Source: Isurus oxyrinchus
Lineage: Eukaryota
Assembly: GCA_026770705.1 (NCBI GenBank)
Contig: JANJGN010000071.1
Coordinates: 1,736,001-1,800,000 of the forward strand
Direction of reading: 5' to 3'
DNA: 64,000 bases
Under the pieces are notes generated by a model. That model saw nothing but the letters and a program-made list of their open reading frames with translations. It was not told the origin of the DNA and searched no databases. Position numbers and translations under genes: made by a program. Below are positions 61,777 through 64,000 of this stretch, one piece after another (position 1 is the first letter of the stretch; each line of letters opens with the position of its first letter).

Positions 61777-61816
61777 ATGATTGGGAAATCTTTCTTCCTC
61801 CTGTCACTTCTCCAAG
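61777..61816 (+). CDS. Leader exon L6 of gene E (MIGKSFFLLSLLQ-G)
   Basis: Paralog of L1-L5 with intact splice sites. Confidence 0.85.
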
Positions 61817-63434
61817 GTAATATCATCGTCAGCTCAAACAGATTTATGGCTAATAGTCTTTGTAAAAGAACATTCTTATTGAGCTGTGATTGGGAACCGA
61901 TTCAGCAGTGAGCCAATGTACAACCTCACACCAAGTCCCATTGACCCATCACCCCTGTGCTCACTGATATACACTGACTCCCTGTCTGACAGCAGAATTG
62001 GAGGAGAGCAGAGATCTCAGAGGGTTGAAGGGGCTGGATGAGGTTACAGAGCCAGCGAGTGGAGAGGGGGTTGGGGGGATTGGGAATTGAGCATGAGAAT
62101 CTTAAAATGGAGGCACTGCTTGACTGGGAGCCTATGTAAGTCAGTGTGGATGGGGGGAAGGGTGGTAAAAGGTTGAGTAGAAAATCAGGATAAAAACTGG
62201 AGGATGAAGTCTCTCCCTATGTTAGGTGTCTGATAGCAATATCCTGAAATGTGTCTTTTGCTGATTTTAGTCAGAATTTCCCATGAAGACAACACAGCAG
62301 CTCCTAGAATAGACAGGCTGTTCAGTGTCACACTTCCTGTCCATTCTCACCATGCTAGATACTTCAATAAGGGAGCAAGATAACTGAAAGTGAGAAGGAA
62401 GGTAAAGCTGTCTGTGTGTAAATGGGTCAATATACAGTTTGTATATTTGTCTTTCTCTCGACACATGCAGAGCTCAGGCTAGAGGCACTTTGTTAGTGTG
62501 TTTCACAGGGTCTGCTGGAGGAGGGTCAGTGCTGAGCTTGGGGACAAGTCAGTCTACAATGCTGCATCGGAATCAACAATACAACAATATGGGGTTTGGA
62601 TCAGAAATAATCCATTAGACAATGAGGATCCAAAGAGATTCCATAGACAATGAGGATCCATAGAGATTCCTTAGACAATGAGGATCCAAAGAGATTCCTT
62701 AAACAATGAGGATCCAAAGAGATTCCTTAAACAATGAGGATCCAAAGAGATTCCTTAGACAATGAGGATCCAAAGAGATTCCTCAGACAATGAAGGTCCA
62801 AAGTGCACCAATCAGATTGAATCAGATTAGCCAATCAGCTGTGTTGAAGAGCAGACAGGAATGTTAGGCTAATTAGTGATTCATGACGGTGATAATGGGG
62901 GGAGTTCTGAGGGCTCCTAATCCATTGTCCTGTCTTGTAAATCAGCACTGAATGGATCTCAATTGGTGCGTCTTGTAGACAGTGTATTGGGTCACATTTA
63001 ATCATTGACATTAAAGTGATAATTAGAGGCTGCATTTGGACTGAACATGAAGCTGTCACCAGGCCGCTTGAAATTAAGAATCCAAATGGTCCAGATGAGC
63101 ATAGAGCAATAGATTATATTTACATAGTGCCTTAACTGTAAAAAAAAACAATCCAAGGGGCTACACAGGAGCATTATAATACAAGGCACAGTGACACTGT
63201 CTCACTGGCTTCACTAAACAGGGTCCTGAGGACCATGAGCCAATGTAGAATGAACTAGTCCACTCCTGTGTCCAGGATTCTCTTCCATCCATTGTGAAAC
63301 CTTGGGGAGTTCCTTGTGTGTCCTGTAGATGGTCCACACTGCAGCCAATGTGCCCCAGTGATGGAGGGGGTGGATATCGAGTCTGGTGGATCCACAAACC
63401 ATCCAGAGTTAAATATTGATATTTCTCTCCCCAG

Positions 63435-63803
63435 TTGGACTGTCACAAGAGTGGAAAGGTGACACTCCCCGAGAGGTGACAGCGCAGGAAGGTTCGTGTG
63501 GACAGATTCCATGTCATTACAGTTATCCAGCACATTTGGAAAGCCAACCGCGAGGTGGAGTCTGGTTTAATAATGAGGAACAGATCCCCTGGGCTCCCAT
63601 AGCCTTTCACTCCAAGGATCACAGTCACGAGTTACCACGGTTCCGCCATCGGACCCGGCTGTCTGGAGACCTGAAAGATGGCGACTGTTCCCTGATTATA
63701 AACAACATCAGACGGGAAGATGCAGGACCTTATTTTTTCAGAATAGAATTTGACAATGGTCCGAGCCATAACTATTATCCTGTAACCCAGCTTCACATTT
63801 CTG
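63435..63803 (+). CDS. Gene E Siglec V-set exon with the essential Arg; gene continues beyond the window
   Basis: ccccag|TT...CTG|gtaagt; SCGQIPC...GDCSLII...GPYFFRIE. Confidence 0.93.
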
Positions 63804-64000
63804 GTAAGTGCTGTGTTATAATTACTCAACAATTCACATTCAACACTCAATGGGAAATAACACAAACTGTGACGTTTACATATTAACACAAAACACAGCT
63901 TATTATAACACACTGTCTGATTCTCAATAACCTGGTGATAGCTTCCAGTTCAGTCCTAAAGCAACCTCTAATACTCACTTTAATATCAATGATGAAAAGC

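Overview
Eukaryotic (vertebrate) genomic DNA, most likely from a cartilaginous fish (shark/ray), judged from its CR1, L2 and Deu-domain SINE repeat content. There are three N-gaps. The window holds a tandem cluster of Siglec/CD22/MAG-like immunoglobulin-superfamily lectin genes, all on the + strand. (A) 1-8441: 3' end of an inhibitory receptor with at least 5 near-identical, heavily N-glycosylated C2-type Ig exons, a TM exon and two tail exons carrying ITIM (LLYANI) and ITSM (TEYAQI) motifs. (B) 16.4-17.6 kb: leader plus a divergent V-set exon broken by Gypsy gag just before the sialic-acid-binding Arg. An orphan duplicated tail exon lies at 27.4 kb, possibly joined to two unrelated phase-0 exons. 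(C) 31.5-47.6 kb: three tandem promoter+leader cassettes, V-set (Arg intact), four C2 exons and a TM exon, with no tail exon found. (D) 48-53 kb: two further leaders, a precisely deleted V exon and an intact C2 exon. (E) 61 kb-end: leader plus intact V exon of the next paralog. The rest is degenerate LINEs, SINEs, solo-LTR-like inserts and several minisatellites that appear to derive from transposon sequence. The most notable signals are the modular architecture (all ectodomain junctions phase 1: 6 leader cassettes, a repeated stalk exon with CA tracts behind each donor, exon-restricted homogenisation, a tailless paralog) and a minisatellite caught expanding inside its parent SINE. All exon calls come from manual reading of splice sites and translations; no alignments or database searches were run.
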